Positions 50,149 to 60,883 of a stretch of 64,000 bases of DNA are shown piece by piece (position 1 is the first letter of the stretch; each line of letters begins with the position of its first letter). The stretch is taken from positions 186,001-250,000 of IMG/VR virus record IMGVR_UViG_3300035698_035366; one strand, written 5' to 3'. The notes under the pieces are model-generated. The model was not told the DNA's origin, searched no databases, and was given only the letters and a program-made list of their open reading frames with translations. Position numbers and translations under genes: made by a program.

Positions 50149-51078
50149 ATGACTTTGATTTATTGTGATCCTGTAGAACTTATTAGACACCAAACAATAC
50201 TCAAGCTATCGTCGGATAACCCGATCCGAACATATGAGATCGAGAACGAATTCGTATTCTTACCATTTGCTCCATGTTTATATAACCGCCGAAAGAGGCG
50301 ACAAGAGCAATATCGTGGTATTATTGGTATGTGTCGAATCGATGTTAATGCATTTAATCAATTGCAAGAAGATTACACCGAAGAATTGGAGGGCTTACCG
50401 GATTGGAAGCACTGCGCCGCGACCCAAAAAAATGCTCTTGAATATGTATGGTACATAAATGGTCCAGTTGATTTCGATACTGATTTGGTCGATATTGAGG
50501 CAGATGATTATATAGCATTAAGAAACAATCTAAGAACTAATTGTCGTCAAAATTGGCGAGTTGCTAATCCTAATAAAATTTTCAGACGTAAGACCATTAA
50601 TATCATGATGCGTCAATTCTTGATGACCCATTTGTCGGCGAGTGATTTTTAACTAAATACTTATATGGTACAAGAAAATCAATTTTTAGAAACTACTGGC
50701 GAGCGTGAAATTTTACATGATACTGTTCACGCAATCGAATTTGAATTACGGTCTGAAAAGGCTATAATTATTCGAGCAGCAATTACAACCGATGAAGAGG
50801 CTCAAGCTTATTCATTGAGGATGTGGATTTCTCGACAACCATTCTCTACATCTATTCCTGACGTTTATTCAAGCGTTAATATTATTGGTGTTTATCATGT
50901 ACCTACGATCCTCCCGATCAAAGCAAAAGACGCTAAAATGTCGGTTGAAGGATATCATATTATCGAGCCAGCCGGAACGCTTTATGTAAACTTGCATAAT
51001 CGCTCTGGGGCGAATGGAGCGTATGTTATTGATATCACTGAATTAGATAAGGACATATGTTTTAATCCTGATGAATAG
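50149..51078 (+). CDS. Two hypothetical proteins (50149..50652, 50665..51078)
   Basis: ORF track. Confidence 0.6.
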
Positions 51079-51116
51079 CAACTAAATACTATAGTTAATA
51101 ACATCAGGAGAAAGTT

Positions 51117-51380
51117 GTGGAAGCGATCGAAACACTAATAAATTTAATACTGGCCGGCGGACCACAAGCAGTAGCAGCAATTTTGATTTTAGTAGTATTT
51201 TTCTGCATCTATACTATTAGATCTCTAAATGCAAGAATAAAAGAAAAAGATATACTTTTGAAGAATCGGGAAGAGAGAAATGAGCAATTAATGGAGCGTT
51301 ATCATGATGCTACTTTAACAGTAGTTGGGGCATTGAATAATGTCGAGAAAGCTATTGTAGAAATTAAGGCGAAACTATAA
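51117..51380 (+). CDS. Single-TM coiled-coil protein
   Basis: One TM then coiled coil; CTAAATA promoter, AGGAG SD. Confidence 0.6.
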   Translation: MEAIETLINLILAGGPQAVAAILILVVFFCIYTIRSLNARIKEKDILLKNREERNEQLMERYHDATLTVVGALNNVEKAIVEIKAKL

Positions 51381-51398
51381 CAACTGGAGCAAATTGAA

Positions 51399-52340
51399 GT
51401 GGATTGGTTAAACTACCTGTACCATAAAAATCCCGATTTAGCGAAGAAAGAAATACTTCAAGTTAAGTCTGAAGAGAAATTTTTAGAACAAAGCTATAAT
51501 CTTCTTGCGAATGCCGTAAAAAACACTTCAAACGCGGTCGATGATCTTATATCAGGTGATAATGATCCATTATTTAAAACCAAGCGTAGAATTAATGCTA
51601 TGGGACATTTAATACATGATGTAATTGCGGTGACATCCAAAGATGGAACGATTGATACAATATCAAATAAATGCAATGCAATGTTTGGCCATGACGAAGA
51701 ATATTACATTGGGGAAAACATCAGTGAACTTTTTGCTATTAGTGTTAGAGAACAACATTTTGGCTATTTTAATGGTGATATGCCATATGACCATGATACG
51801 AACCCAACCATTGAAACAATTATGTGTCGTGGTGATCATTCAGAATTTTATGCTGAATTTACAATAGAAAAATTTGAGGAAGACGATGAATGTATGTTTA
51901 TGATAATAATACGTGATATCACTTCTAGAAAAGATGATGAAGGAAAACTTCAAGAAGCCAAAAGAAATGAAAACTTCCACCGAATGTTAGCAACCTGTCT
52001 AGATCACATTGACGATATGGTAATCCTGGTTAATGCGGAAAAAAACGCGGTATATGTTAATAAAGCATTCACTGATCATTATGGATTTTGCCTCGATGAT
52101 ATCGTTGGAAAAAGACCACGGGATGTCATCGGAGAACTCCCAATTAATCCAGAATTATATGAAAATATATATAGTGATTATTTGGATAACGGCCTTATAT
52201 GGACAGGGCAATTACCTAATAAAACTAAAAATGGTAATGGTGTTATTGACGATATTAAAATTATTCCTATAATGGGTGATGATAACAAGCCACAATTTTA
52301 TCTTTCCATCCATAAATTAGTGGTTGACAATTCTGTATAA
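51399..52340 (+). CDS. Tandem PAS-domain protein with no output domain
   Basis: N..FG....IG.NI..L...IIRDIT.RK and YVNKAF...YG....DIVGK.P...W.G...NKTK.G motifs. Confidence 0.8.
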   Translation: MDWLNYLYHKNPDLAKKEILQVKSEEKFLEQSYNLLANAVKNTSNAVDDLISGDNDPLFKTKRRINAMGHLIHDVIAVTSKDGTIDTISNKCNAMFGHDEEYYIGENISELFAISVREQHFGYFNGDMPYDHDTNPTIETIMCRGDHSEFYAEFTIEKFEEDDECMFMIIIRDITSRKDDEGKLQEAKRNENFHRMLATCLDHIDDMVILVNAEKNAVYVNKAFTDHYGFCLDDIVGKRPRDVIGELPINPELYENIYSDYLDNGLIWTGQLPNKTKNGNGVIDDIKIIPIMGDDNKPQFYLSIHKLVVDNSV

Positions 52341-52376
52341 TGTAATATAATATGCATGTAACTTAAAGGAAGCAAC

Positions 52377-54644
52377 ATGACTGTATATGCATATAAGACA
52401 GAATTCGAAGACGAACAAGTCCTTGCGATCGTTGCCGGCGATACAATTTCTGAAATGAATGGCTGGTGGAAAAAGAACGAATCCCGAGACGATGTTTATA
52501 TTACTGATATTTTAATGGATCATGTATCCGACGACGAACTGCGGAAGTTTAAACGACCCGTTGTCATGCTCAAGCTAAACGGCGCGACGCCTGAAAGTAA
52601 AGCAAGCGCCGAAAGTATTGAGCTAGTGCCTGGGCCCAATGCTGCAAAGTCATGTCAGGAGAATATGGTCGCCGAAGAAAATGATGTCGATGAGTATTCT
52701 GCTTCAACTGGTGACCGACGAACTATTGGTGAAGTAACTGGTACTGCCCACGCTGATAAATGGGATAAGGCACCAACTGATGCAAAAACTATGAAGGCAC
52801 CAGATGGCGTTACTGGTCAAGATGGGCAGGGCGGCACAGCCGGCAAGCTAAAGAAGACCGAAGAGCAGATTGAAGAAGAGCGTGGAAAAATCGTCGAACG
52901 CAAAACAAACAAAATCCTTATTGCTGTACGAGAAGGTCGGTGTTCAACGCACGCTGTTCACACTCTTGCAGATGAAATGCTCGGCGAAGAAAAGATTTCC
53001 GAAATCGTTGCAAACTCAATCAGGTCTTCAATTCCCAAGCTAAATGATGCAAAGAAGGAAGTTAAGCGCGTTGCACTTGCGGAAATGCGCGGATATATTG
53101 AAGAACTAAATTCCGCCATTATCAATCCAGCACAAGAAGTTGTTGATGCTGATCGTAACTCAATTGGTGTTATCCGCAACGAACAGGACGCCCACGGAAA
53201 CATTAACATTACGGCCATCCATCGCTCATCTGAAGAGCGTGCCGAAGCACTTCGTCATATTACCGAAGCACGTGAGTCGGCCCGGAAACAGGACGAGAAG
53301 AATAAGGTTGCAGTCCAGACCGCCGCAGCCAAAGTTGGCATGGATCCGATGAAGCCTGGCACTGCAACTTCGATTCTTCCTGATGGTCGTGTTGCTCAGG
53401 AGCATGGAACGGCCAAGGTTGTGAAGATTGTTGATGTCGATGGTCAAAATGCAAAACATTACAGCGTAACTGAGCAGGGCGAAATTACAGCCGAAGAGTA
53501 TGAAGAGAAAGTTTCAAAGGCTGATGCGGTTATCCAGCGCGACCTAACTGACGGTGAAGAATTTGCCGATGCTGTTGATTCGTTGAAGGCCGCCGTTGAC
53601 ACGCTCGGAGAAGCTGTTGAGGATTTGAATGGTGCTATCACAGGACCAGTAAATATGGATGACATTGATTTAGTCGTCGAATGCACTGAGATTGCAGAAC
53701 CAGAGACAGTTGTAGAGTCGGACCCCATAGAAAACCCCGAAAATTGGGTGTTCGCGGTTGCTGGTGATGTTGACTACGAAGAGCTTGTTATTATTTATCG
53801 GGAGGTTTGGGAAAAGACTGGTAAGACAGAACAGCCCAATGCCGCTGATGTTGATTGGCTAAACATCAACAATTATCGTTACAAGGGAAACGGTCGCTGG
53901 ACATATTTGACAGGTTCAGTAACCGATGGCCGTAACCGCCTCATTAGTTATGGTTGTGAAGAACTTCCGGCTCTTACTAACGAACTTGATGAAAAATATG
54001 ATTGGAAAGTTGGTAAGCGTGGTCAGCGTCTTTTCAAAGATGAAGAAAAGGCAAAGGATTATTACTTTGCCATTTGCCCGCCAGGGTTTCATGCGGAAGA
54101 AGAAACGATCTTTGGTCACCGCACCTGGGTTGTCATGTTCCCACGCAAACGGTTTGATGATGGTGAAAATCCAGGCGAGCAGGAAGACTCAATCAGCGAA
54201 AAGACATTGAAAAAGTATGGTTGGGAAAGTCACGGGAACAATGTGTTCTCTGTTGAAACCCCCGCTGGTCAGGTTTCAGTTGGGCTTCTTGCACAGGATG
54301 CAAAAGAAAATGGTCAGTTGCTTTACCGTATGGGTCTCGACCCCAACACGGTACCATATGATTGGCCTTTCCATTACCGAGATTCTGGTACGCGAAAGAG
54401 TTCAAATGATTTCCGCCAGGAAGCGATTCGGATCCTAGAAATTGCCCGTAAGCAGGGAATTGTTCTAGAAGATGATAACGGAGTTGTCGAACACTCGGCT
54501 CCAGTTGGCGTCAACCAAGAAGTGGTTGGTGATGAGAGTGGTGATGATATCACCGAAGACGTTCTTAAAACACTTGGCACTTCACTAGATGAAGTCAACG
54601 CGAAGAAGAATAAGGACAAAGACAAAGAAGACGATAAAGAGTAG
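52377..54644 (+). CDS. 755-aa acidic hypothetical protein, early promoter
   Basis: ORF track; TTGACA...TATAAT upstream. Confidence 0.75.
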   Translation: MTVYAYKTEFEDEQVLAIVAGDTISEMNGWWKKNESRDDVYITDILMDHVSDDELRKFKRPVVMLKLNGATPESKASAESIELVPGPNAAKSCQENMVAEENDVDEYSASTGDRRTIGEVTGTAHADKWDKAPTDAKTMKAPDGVTGQDGQGGTAGKLKKTEEQIEEERGKIVERKTNKILIAVREGRCSTHAVHTLADEMLGEEKISEIVANSIRSSIPKLNDAKKEVKRVALAEMRGYIEELNSAIINPAQEVVDADRNSIGVIRNEQDAHGNINITAIHRSSEERAEALRHITEARESARKQDEKNKVAVQTAAAKVGMDPMKPGTATSILPDGRVAQEHGTAKVVKIVDVDGQNAKHYSVTEQGEITAEEYEEKVSKADAVIQRDLTDGEEFADAVDSLKAAVDTLGEAVEDLNGAITGPVNMDDIDLVVECTEIAEPETVVESDPIENPENWVFAVAGDVDYEELVIIYREVWEKTGKTEQPNAADVDWLNINNYRYKGNGRWTYLTGSVTDGRNRLISYGCEELPALTNELDEKYDWKVGKRGQRLFKDEEKAKDYYFAICPPGFHAEEETIFGHRTWVVMFPRKRFDDGENPGEQEDSISEKTLKKYGWESHGNNVFSVETPAGQVSVGLLAQDAKENGQLLYRMGLDPNTVPYDWPFHYRDSGTRKSSNDFRQEAIRILEIARKQGIVLEDDNGVVEHSAPVGVNQEVVGDESGDDITEDVLKTLGTSLDEVNAKKNKDKDKEDDKE

Positions 54645-54692
54645 ACATATTTTTTCAAGAGAATTGGGCGCCGTGTGCGTCCATTTCTTTGA

Positions 54693-55142
54693 TTACTTGA
54701 TTAGTTTTTTATAAATTTTTAATAAATCCGTCTTTTTCTCTTTACCGGTTAATTCTTGCTCGTGTTCTTCAATGAGAATTTTTACCTGTTCGGTTTTATT
54801 TAATCGTCTAAATTTCTTCCAACGATCCGACATGAGACTTGGATGCTCATAAGTTGTATGCTCTTTTTTCAAGTAAACTAAAAGTTGCTCAACCCATTCA
54901 ACATAATCAGTTCCTCGACCAACATGACCAGATCGTTTGAATCGATAGAGCATTGTACCTTCGAGGAGGTTGCATTTTTGGCATAAAACTGAACGGATCA
55001 TTCCTGTTTCGTGATCGTGATCTACGTGTTGATTTGACCCGGATTCATCTCTTAAATCAAGTTTACAAATACCACATTTATAATCTTGTTTCTCTAATAA
55101 TTCTTTTCGAACTGCTGGTAAATCTTTGTTTGTAAGCCTCAT
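54693..55142 (-). CDS. Endonuclease VII-like Holliday-junction resolvase
   Basis: CGIC...HVDHDHETG.IR.VLC..CN..EG. Confidence 0.85.
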   Translation of the reverse strand: MRLTNKDLPAVRKELLEKQDYKCGICKLDLRDESGSNQHVDHDHETGMIRSVLCQKCNLLEGTMLYRFKRSGHVGRGTDYVEWVEQLLVYLKKEHTTYEHPSLMSDRWKKFRRLNKTEQVKILIEEHEQELTGKEKKTDLLKIYKKLIK

Positions 55143-55215
55143 GCTACTATTTATAAGGTTGACAAAAGTGCGATCTGTGTTATAATAATGACATAACGCA
55201 AACAGGAGATACAAA

Positions 55216-55494
55216 ATGAAAATTTCAGATCGTCATTTAGAAATCTTAAACTTTGTTGCTGCCAATCCCGATTGTTCCACTAACAAAGTGTATATTGGCA
55301 CCAGCCCCATTTGTCAGAGTACTGGTCGAACAAGATCGATGGGAACGTCGGGGTGGACTATCCCGGATACTCTCAAACGCAAAGGTTTGATTACAATTAA
55401 AAAGATCATGCCCAAAAATACGTCTTATCACAACACTCATTTGGTTCGTTATTACTGGAACCTCACCAAAAAGGGTCGCAATGCAATTGCGTAA
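55216..55494 (+). CDS. Winged-helix-like small protein
   Basis: EIL.FVAANPD...LKRKGLI...LTKKG. Confidence 0.5.
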   Translation: MKISDRHLEILNFVAANPDCSTNKVYIGTSPICQSTGRTRSMGTSGWTIPDTLKRKGLITIKKIMPKNTSYHNTHLVRYYWNLTKKGRNAIA

Positions 55495-55500
55495 TTAAAA

Positions 55501-56272
55501 ATGAAGAATTGGACCGAGCATCACCAAATTAGTCAATCAATCAAGCACACTTGCGTGGTTAAAACCAATGAGGATTGGTATCCAACAGTCAATGGTGAAT
55601 TGAAGATGTCGGTGATGAAATACAATGCCGGTAAAGCAAACAAACTAAATCGAATTTGTATCTGGGGTGGGGATGATTTTGGAATGGATCGAGATTTCGA
55701 AGATTTCGACTCGATAACGTTTGACGAAATGAAAGAGATTGCGGATAATATCCCAGAACCAATAACTGTTAAATGGCTATTAGCAAATGGTTTCATTTAT
55801 GCATAAGGTTGACATCTCCCAGTTCTATGTTATAATTATAACATAAGCAAACAACAGGAGAAGATCGATGGAAAAGTTGGTAATCAGTTATCAAGTAGGT
55901 GACGACACCTATTCGAATGAAGTAATCGAATGCGTGCATTGTGAATCGAAAGATCATTTCGGTGTCATGTTCATCGAAGAGGTAGAGAAATTTTACAAAT
56001 CGGAAGATCGGGGCCAGACACTGTGGTCAACCGTTGAAGCTGCAACCTCTGCCGGTAACACTGACAAGGCTAATAATGCTTTCGAAGAATATCTCGAATG
56101 GCAAACATCTAGACCACGTTCTGTTATCGTATGCGGTAAGGATTTTGGTAGTTTCCAGGATATGACGTTTGATATAAAAGGCAAGATGACGTCATTTGAA
56201 CTTCCGGAAATCCAGACCTTGGAAGAATGGTTCGATAGTCGAATCCCATACATGGAGAATGAAAATGAATAA
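55501..56272 (+). CDS. Two early hypothetical proteins (55501..55806, 55868..56272)
   Basis: ORF track; sigma70-like promoters. Confidence 0.6.
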
Positions 56273-56820
56273 GTCGATTAGGAATATTCTTATCACATGC
56301 TCAATTCTTGTGATCCCGGCATTTCTTACGGTCCAACACATCAGGAAACAGAATGCCGAAATTGTTTCCTTGAAGAATCAGGTTGGTGTTTTGTCGGCTC
56401 TAACATGGACAACAAGCACCGCACGAATGAAACCCTCAACGGGAATAAAATCATCCAAACCCCGAACTAATACGAGAAGTATATCACATGCAACGGGTCG
56501 GTGGTTGCGACCCGGATACACGCACAAACCCACCTACCGCTCCTTCACGTCAAAGCCTCCAAATTCGATGCATAAAATAAATTATTCAAGAACGGTTGGT
56601 CCCGCTACCCCGTGCGGTAAAACTACAAAGGGAAGGCAATAACACAATGTATCAGAAACTTTTTTACACAGTAACGTCGCCCAATAACGAAGGGTTTCCT
56701 GATTGGCAATCCGCCTTGTTCGCAACAGTCGTTAATTTGGTTATCATCCCTGCCCAGATTTATGGTTTGGTGTTCTTAGTTACGACTGCTATCAAGCACG
56801 CTTGGAATTTTTAGAAACAA

Positions 56821-57156
56821 ATGAAAAACCTTTTCCAATGGATTAATGGTCGGCAATTAGATTGTGAATATCAAAAATTTACAATCTGGTTCTTCTCCAT
56901 CGGAAATTTCGGAACCGACTGTTACATATTGCACTATCTACCAAACACAAATCTTCCGGAGCATACGGATCCAGTAAAAGGAAAGAATCATTATCGTTTA
57001 AATATCAACTTGTTTGGCGGTGGCGGATTTATATGTAAGAATGTAATTTTTAAATTTGGGACAATCGTTTTGTTTCGACCAGACAATGAACCACATTCAG
57101 TTATCAATAGTAATCATAATCGTTGGATTTTAAGCATCGGATGGGTAAAGAAATGA
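56821..57156 (+). CDS. 2OG-Fe(II) oxygenase-like cupin
   Basis: HTD...HSV...R.ILS. Confidence 0.6.
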   Translation: MKNLFQWINGRQLDCEYQKFTIWFFSIGNFGTDCYILHYLPNTNLPEHTDPVKGKNHYRLNINLFGGGGFICKNVIFKFGTIVLFRPDNEPHSVINSNHNRWILSIGWVKK

Positions 57157-57870
57157 ATCACCGTAAAGCAATTAGATCGCATGTATTGAAAAAGCTGTCA
57201 ACTCGAATTGATGTTCATGATGGAACGACTGTTATCACTGAACTAAAAAGGCAAATCCGTGAGGGCGAAGCAATCAAGTTGCGTAAATCAGATTTTCTAA
57301 AGAAACGTCATAGCAAATGGCGATGTTTTTATGATAACAACAACGTCGTTGTTGTATTCGACGAGTTACATTCAACTATTATGACTGTATATCTTTAAGG
57401 AATATATTATGGGACGCCGTAGGAAACGTCGGGAACGAGCATACGATTCCCAGGAAAAGGTGACGCCAATCATCGTTGAATATTGGGGTAACTACCCAGT
57501 TGGCGGAAGTGGATTGAGTACATCTATCCAAATCACATTACAAGGTATGGCTCTACGAATTGTTGACTTAGAAGAAGAGATCGATGTTAGCTTGTCAATC
57601 ATTCCTGGATATCACAATGAAGATAACGAAGTCGGGTATGGTGAAATATTAGCATCTCTACCATATACAATCGAGATTACCAAACATAACTGGAACGGCT
57701 TCAAAGACTCGAATTATAAGCTAAACTTCTCCATTAAGTTGAAGGATTTCGAAACCCTTAAAACATTAATGGAATGGTATGATGACAATGTACCAGAGTT
57801 TACCGGCATTGATGAAATTAATATGGATTTTTCTAGTCGAAGGGTGCAAGCTATTGACCTTCTAGTATAA
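57153..57870 (+). CDS. Two hypothetical proteins (57153..57398, 57409..57870)
   Basis: ORF track. Confidence 0.55.
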
Positions 57871-58039
57871 ATAAACTTAACAGGAGTACAGAGAGCGGAA
57901 CCTTCCCAGAAGATTCCAAAGAATTATATTTTAGCAGATGTTTATCTGTGCATGTAGCAAAAGCGAAGCTAGTAAACAAAAAAGTTTGCTAAAATATATA
58001 GTAGTTACAACAACCTAGAAAAAGGATTGTGGATTTTTC

Positions 58040-58200
58040 CAATTTTTTTCAAAATAAAGGTTGACGTAACTACGAACCCACTGTATACTCCTAAAACTAA
58101 GCAAAGGAAACGATGCTTGGTGGGATTAACCTCCCAAAATTATTTTCAACTTTTTTAAAAAAAGGAGTTGACAATAGATCGAAGTTAGTGTAGTATATAA
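58040..58200 (+). promoter_or_regulatory. Tandem sigma70-like promoters with AT-rich UP tracts driving the tRNA cluster
   Basis: TTGACG...TATACT and TTGACA...TAGTAT, each preceded by T/A tracts. Confidence 0.65.
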
Positions 58201-58520
58201 AAACATTAACAAGCGTTAACGGGCAATGGTGCCCAAGCAATTTTAAGGACTTAGGACAAACGAAAATGTTTATCGAGACCAGACATATACAGACAGCGAT
58301 TGCAAATGGCGTAAGCCATATTGTCGAGCTGTTGACTGGTGGGCTAGAAACATTATCACCTTGGTCAAACGGTGGAATCGGCTCAATGCAACTGGTCCAA
58401 ATATGTGAAGATGATACACGACCAGTAAAGAACCCTGAATATCGTTTTATTAATATTAAGGGTGGAGGTTCAAGTATGTTGCGGTAAAGAGCACATACAT
58501 AGCGCACACGGCGCAAATTG

Positions 58521-58557
58521 AACCTTCCAAGCAAAACGGCTTAGGAAGGTTTTTTTG
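58521..58557 (+). terminator. Intrinsic terminator between leader ORF and tRNA cluster
   Basis: AACCTTCCAAGC...GCTTAGGAAGGTTTTTTT. Confidence 0.7.
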
Positions 58558-58881
58558 TACCTAAGCGTTAAGATCGGAGAAGCGGAAGAGTGAAACAGTT
58601 GGAGTTAATGAATGGAAAATGTGACTTAGAGATTACTTAAAGAATTACCAAATTGGCATCGAGGTGTCAAGGAGGTGAGTGGGATACGCGGAACGAGGCT
58701 GCGGGATTAACCACTATAAATAAGATCCAAACGGGCGGCGGCGCGGAGTAACACAAAGCGTCGGTAGACACAGTCGTAGTTGACAGAGTCTACGGTGGTG
58801 TAGCCGTATGCGGCAACATAACGCCACCAAAAAATAAGCAGAATTTGGGGGTGGGTTCACCGTCCGTGGCCCACCCCATAA

Positions 58882-58957
58882 CGCCCCATAGTTTATCGGT
58901 TTAGAATTCCGGTTTTTCACACCGGCGAGCGGGGTTCGATTCCCCGTGGGGCGACCC
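58882..58957 (+). tRNA. tRNA-Glu(TTC)
   Basis: Cloverleaf, anticodon loop TTTTCAC. Confidence 0.9.
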
Positions 58958-58970
58958 AGTTAAAATTTAT

Positions 58971-59043
58971 AGCGGGTTGGAGAAGTAGTTATCTCGACGT
59001 CCTCATAAGGCGTAGGTCGGCAGTGCAATTCTGTCACCCGCAA
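58971..59043 (+). tRNA. tRNA-Met(CAT), 1:72 mismatch (initiator-like)
   Basis: Loop CTCATAA; no encoded CCA. Confidence 0.75.
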
Positions 59044-59159
59044 CAAAACTTGGCTCTCGACTGACCGTCCCGATATTAAGAGCAAAGGTCATATGATATT
59101 TAATTATCTGCCACAAGCAGATATGAAGGTCATTAAAAAATTGCCGCCAAGTATTTTAT

Positions 59160-59234
59160 GCTCCGTTAGCTCATTGGTGGAGCGGGACACTGAAGATGTC
59201 CGCGTAGGTAGTTCGATTCTATCACGGAGCACCA
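59160..59234 (+). tRNA. tRNA-Phe(GAA)
   Basis: Cloverleaf, CCA. Confidence 0.9.
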
Positions 59235-59240
59235 ATTTAT

Positions 59241-59316
59241 GCCTTTCAAGCTAATCTAGAGAAAGCGACGGATTGAAGACCCGTAGAGCCTGGAGCGTAA
59301 CCAGGGAAAGGCACCA
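59241..59316 (+). tRNA. tRNA-Phe(GAA), atypical T-loop AGCGTAA
   Basis: Cloverleaf, CCA. Confidence 0.75.
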
Positions 59317-59515
59317 AACATTATTTGGTCACTGCAAAGTGTGTTAGCGACGGCTAATAGTTTAGGTGAGTATAGCACTCTTAAAGGGTACAGAACCGTC
59401 GCCTAATGCCAATGTTTTATAAGGGTTGATCCTGCCCGCGGTATCAAACCCGTGGTCTTGAATAAGGCAGGAAGCAGGACGAGGGGAGCGTTACCTCCAA
59501 CCTTTGCTAATTTAT

Positions 59516-59595
59516 AGGGGTGCCTGTATCGGTGAACTAAGCCGTCTCCAAAACGGTGCTTCGGCCTGGGAGTTCGAATCTCTCCACCCCTGCCA
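59516..59595 (+). tRNA. tRNA-Trp(CCA)
   Basis: Loop CTCCAAA, CCA end. Confidence 0.85.
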
Positions 59596-59604
59596 ATATA
59601 ATAT

Positions 59605-59689
59605 GGGAAGGTAAAGCTAGTGGCTCTAGCAAGTGGTCTGTAAAACCACTCTCTTCGGGGGCGAGGATCGATACCTCACTTTCCCACCA
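59605..59689 (+). tRNA. tRNA-Tyr(GTA)
   Basis: Loop CTGTAAA, long variable arm, CCA. Confidence 0.8.
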
Positions 59690-59891
59690 ATTAAAGCAGA
59701 TACAGTCAATAAACATTCTGCCGTAGACACCATGTGTTGGGCGCAACTCATGTTGAAAACGGGTGACCCTGTTGAGACTATATGAAGGACTTGGTCTCCT
59801 TTAATCTGCACATGGCCAGAGAATATCGAACGAGGTGGTGGCTGATCCTGTCCGGGATGGGCCGTATGTTTCATACCGGGGGCCACCCTAA

Positions 59892-59969
59892 CGCCCCATA
59901 GTTTATCGGTTTTAGAACGCCGGGTTCTCAACCCGGAAAGCGCGGGTTCAACTCCCCGTGGGGCGACCA
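59892..59969 (+). tRNA. tRNA-Glu(CTC)
   Basis: Loop TTCTCAA, CCA. Confidence 0.88.
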
Positions 59970-60014
59970 AAATAATACTTGACAATAAATTGGATGTTGT
60001 TATAATACTTAAAT

Positions 60015-60245
60015 ACTGTTCGTTAATTGGACAGATTTACAACCGGGGAACTAGTCCACTACGACGCCGGAAACATTGTAAATCCCGAAAGACGATTTAG
60101 TGTGATGGTTATAAGGTTAGACGGTGTCGGTATGTGGTCAACCCGCCCGTGACGTTATAATCACAGCGCAGGCTGGAGGCCTTAATGCGGGACGCAGGTA
60201 CCCGAGGTGAGATGATAGGCCGTTAGTGGATAGGATGGGATCCAT
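60015..60245 (+). ncRNA. ~230-nt pseudoknotted RNA of unknown class
   Basis: Own TTGACA/TATAAT promoter; pairings GATTTACAA/TTGTAAATC, TCCACTA/TAGTGGA, GACGCCG/CGGTGTC. Confidence 0.55.
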
Positions 60246-60255
60246 TTATTTTTAT

Positions 60256-60330
60256 GTTCCTGATGCCGACGAAGTGAGGCCTTGGATTGCAAATCCAAAG
60301 TACCGGATGCAAGCGCCGGCGGGAACTCCA
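60256..60330 (+). tRNA. tRNA-Cys(GCA)
   Basis: Loop TTGCAAA, U73, CCA. Confidence 0.8.
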
Positions 60331-60429
60331 AAACAATACTTGACACTTATAAATAGATGTGTTAGTATTACAGAATAAGCATTGCGCTTATAACGCCATA
60401 ATGGCAGTCAACATGATAAAGGAAAAGAC

Positions 60430-60769
60430 AATGGAATTAACAACTCAACATCAAGCTTCGATTTATAAAGGCATTGGTCACGTAATTGGGGCCATCCCAA
60501 CCAAAGCATTTAGACTTCATAACAATTTGCGGAATGTCAACCGATCAGTTCGGTTTTATGACAAATATGGAAACTCCATGTTATTTTCCGGTAATGAAAT
60601 CTGCACCAACGATACTCTTAATCAACAAGGTGCTAGGTTGAATGTCGGTGAAGCAGGCCAAAAATACTCCTTGATTTGGCCAGATGACTTGGAAAAATTC
60701 AGGGAGATGTTCCAATACGACGTTTCAAAGAAAAATGAAGTATTAATCGAAATCGTATCAATATTCTAA
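60430..60769 (+). CDS. Hypothetical protein inside the tRNA cluster
   Basis: AAGGA SD before MELTTQ. Confidence 0.55.
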
Positions 60770-60883
60770 TTCAACAATTTGCATTACAGTCCACAGCGTT
60801 CAAGAGCTTAGGCATTAGGTGGCTACTGTGGTTGAACCCGTTCAAATCGGGTTAAGAGACTCTTGATAATGCAAAGATTTTAT

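Noticed and set aside
59050-59135. HDV-like (theta) ribozyme after the CCA-less tRNA-Met
   Set aside because: Nested GCTCT/AGAGC and TGACC/GGTCA pairings exist, but I could not place P1.1 or the catalytic C; unsupported without a motif search
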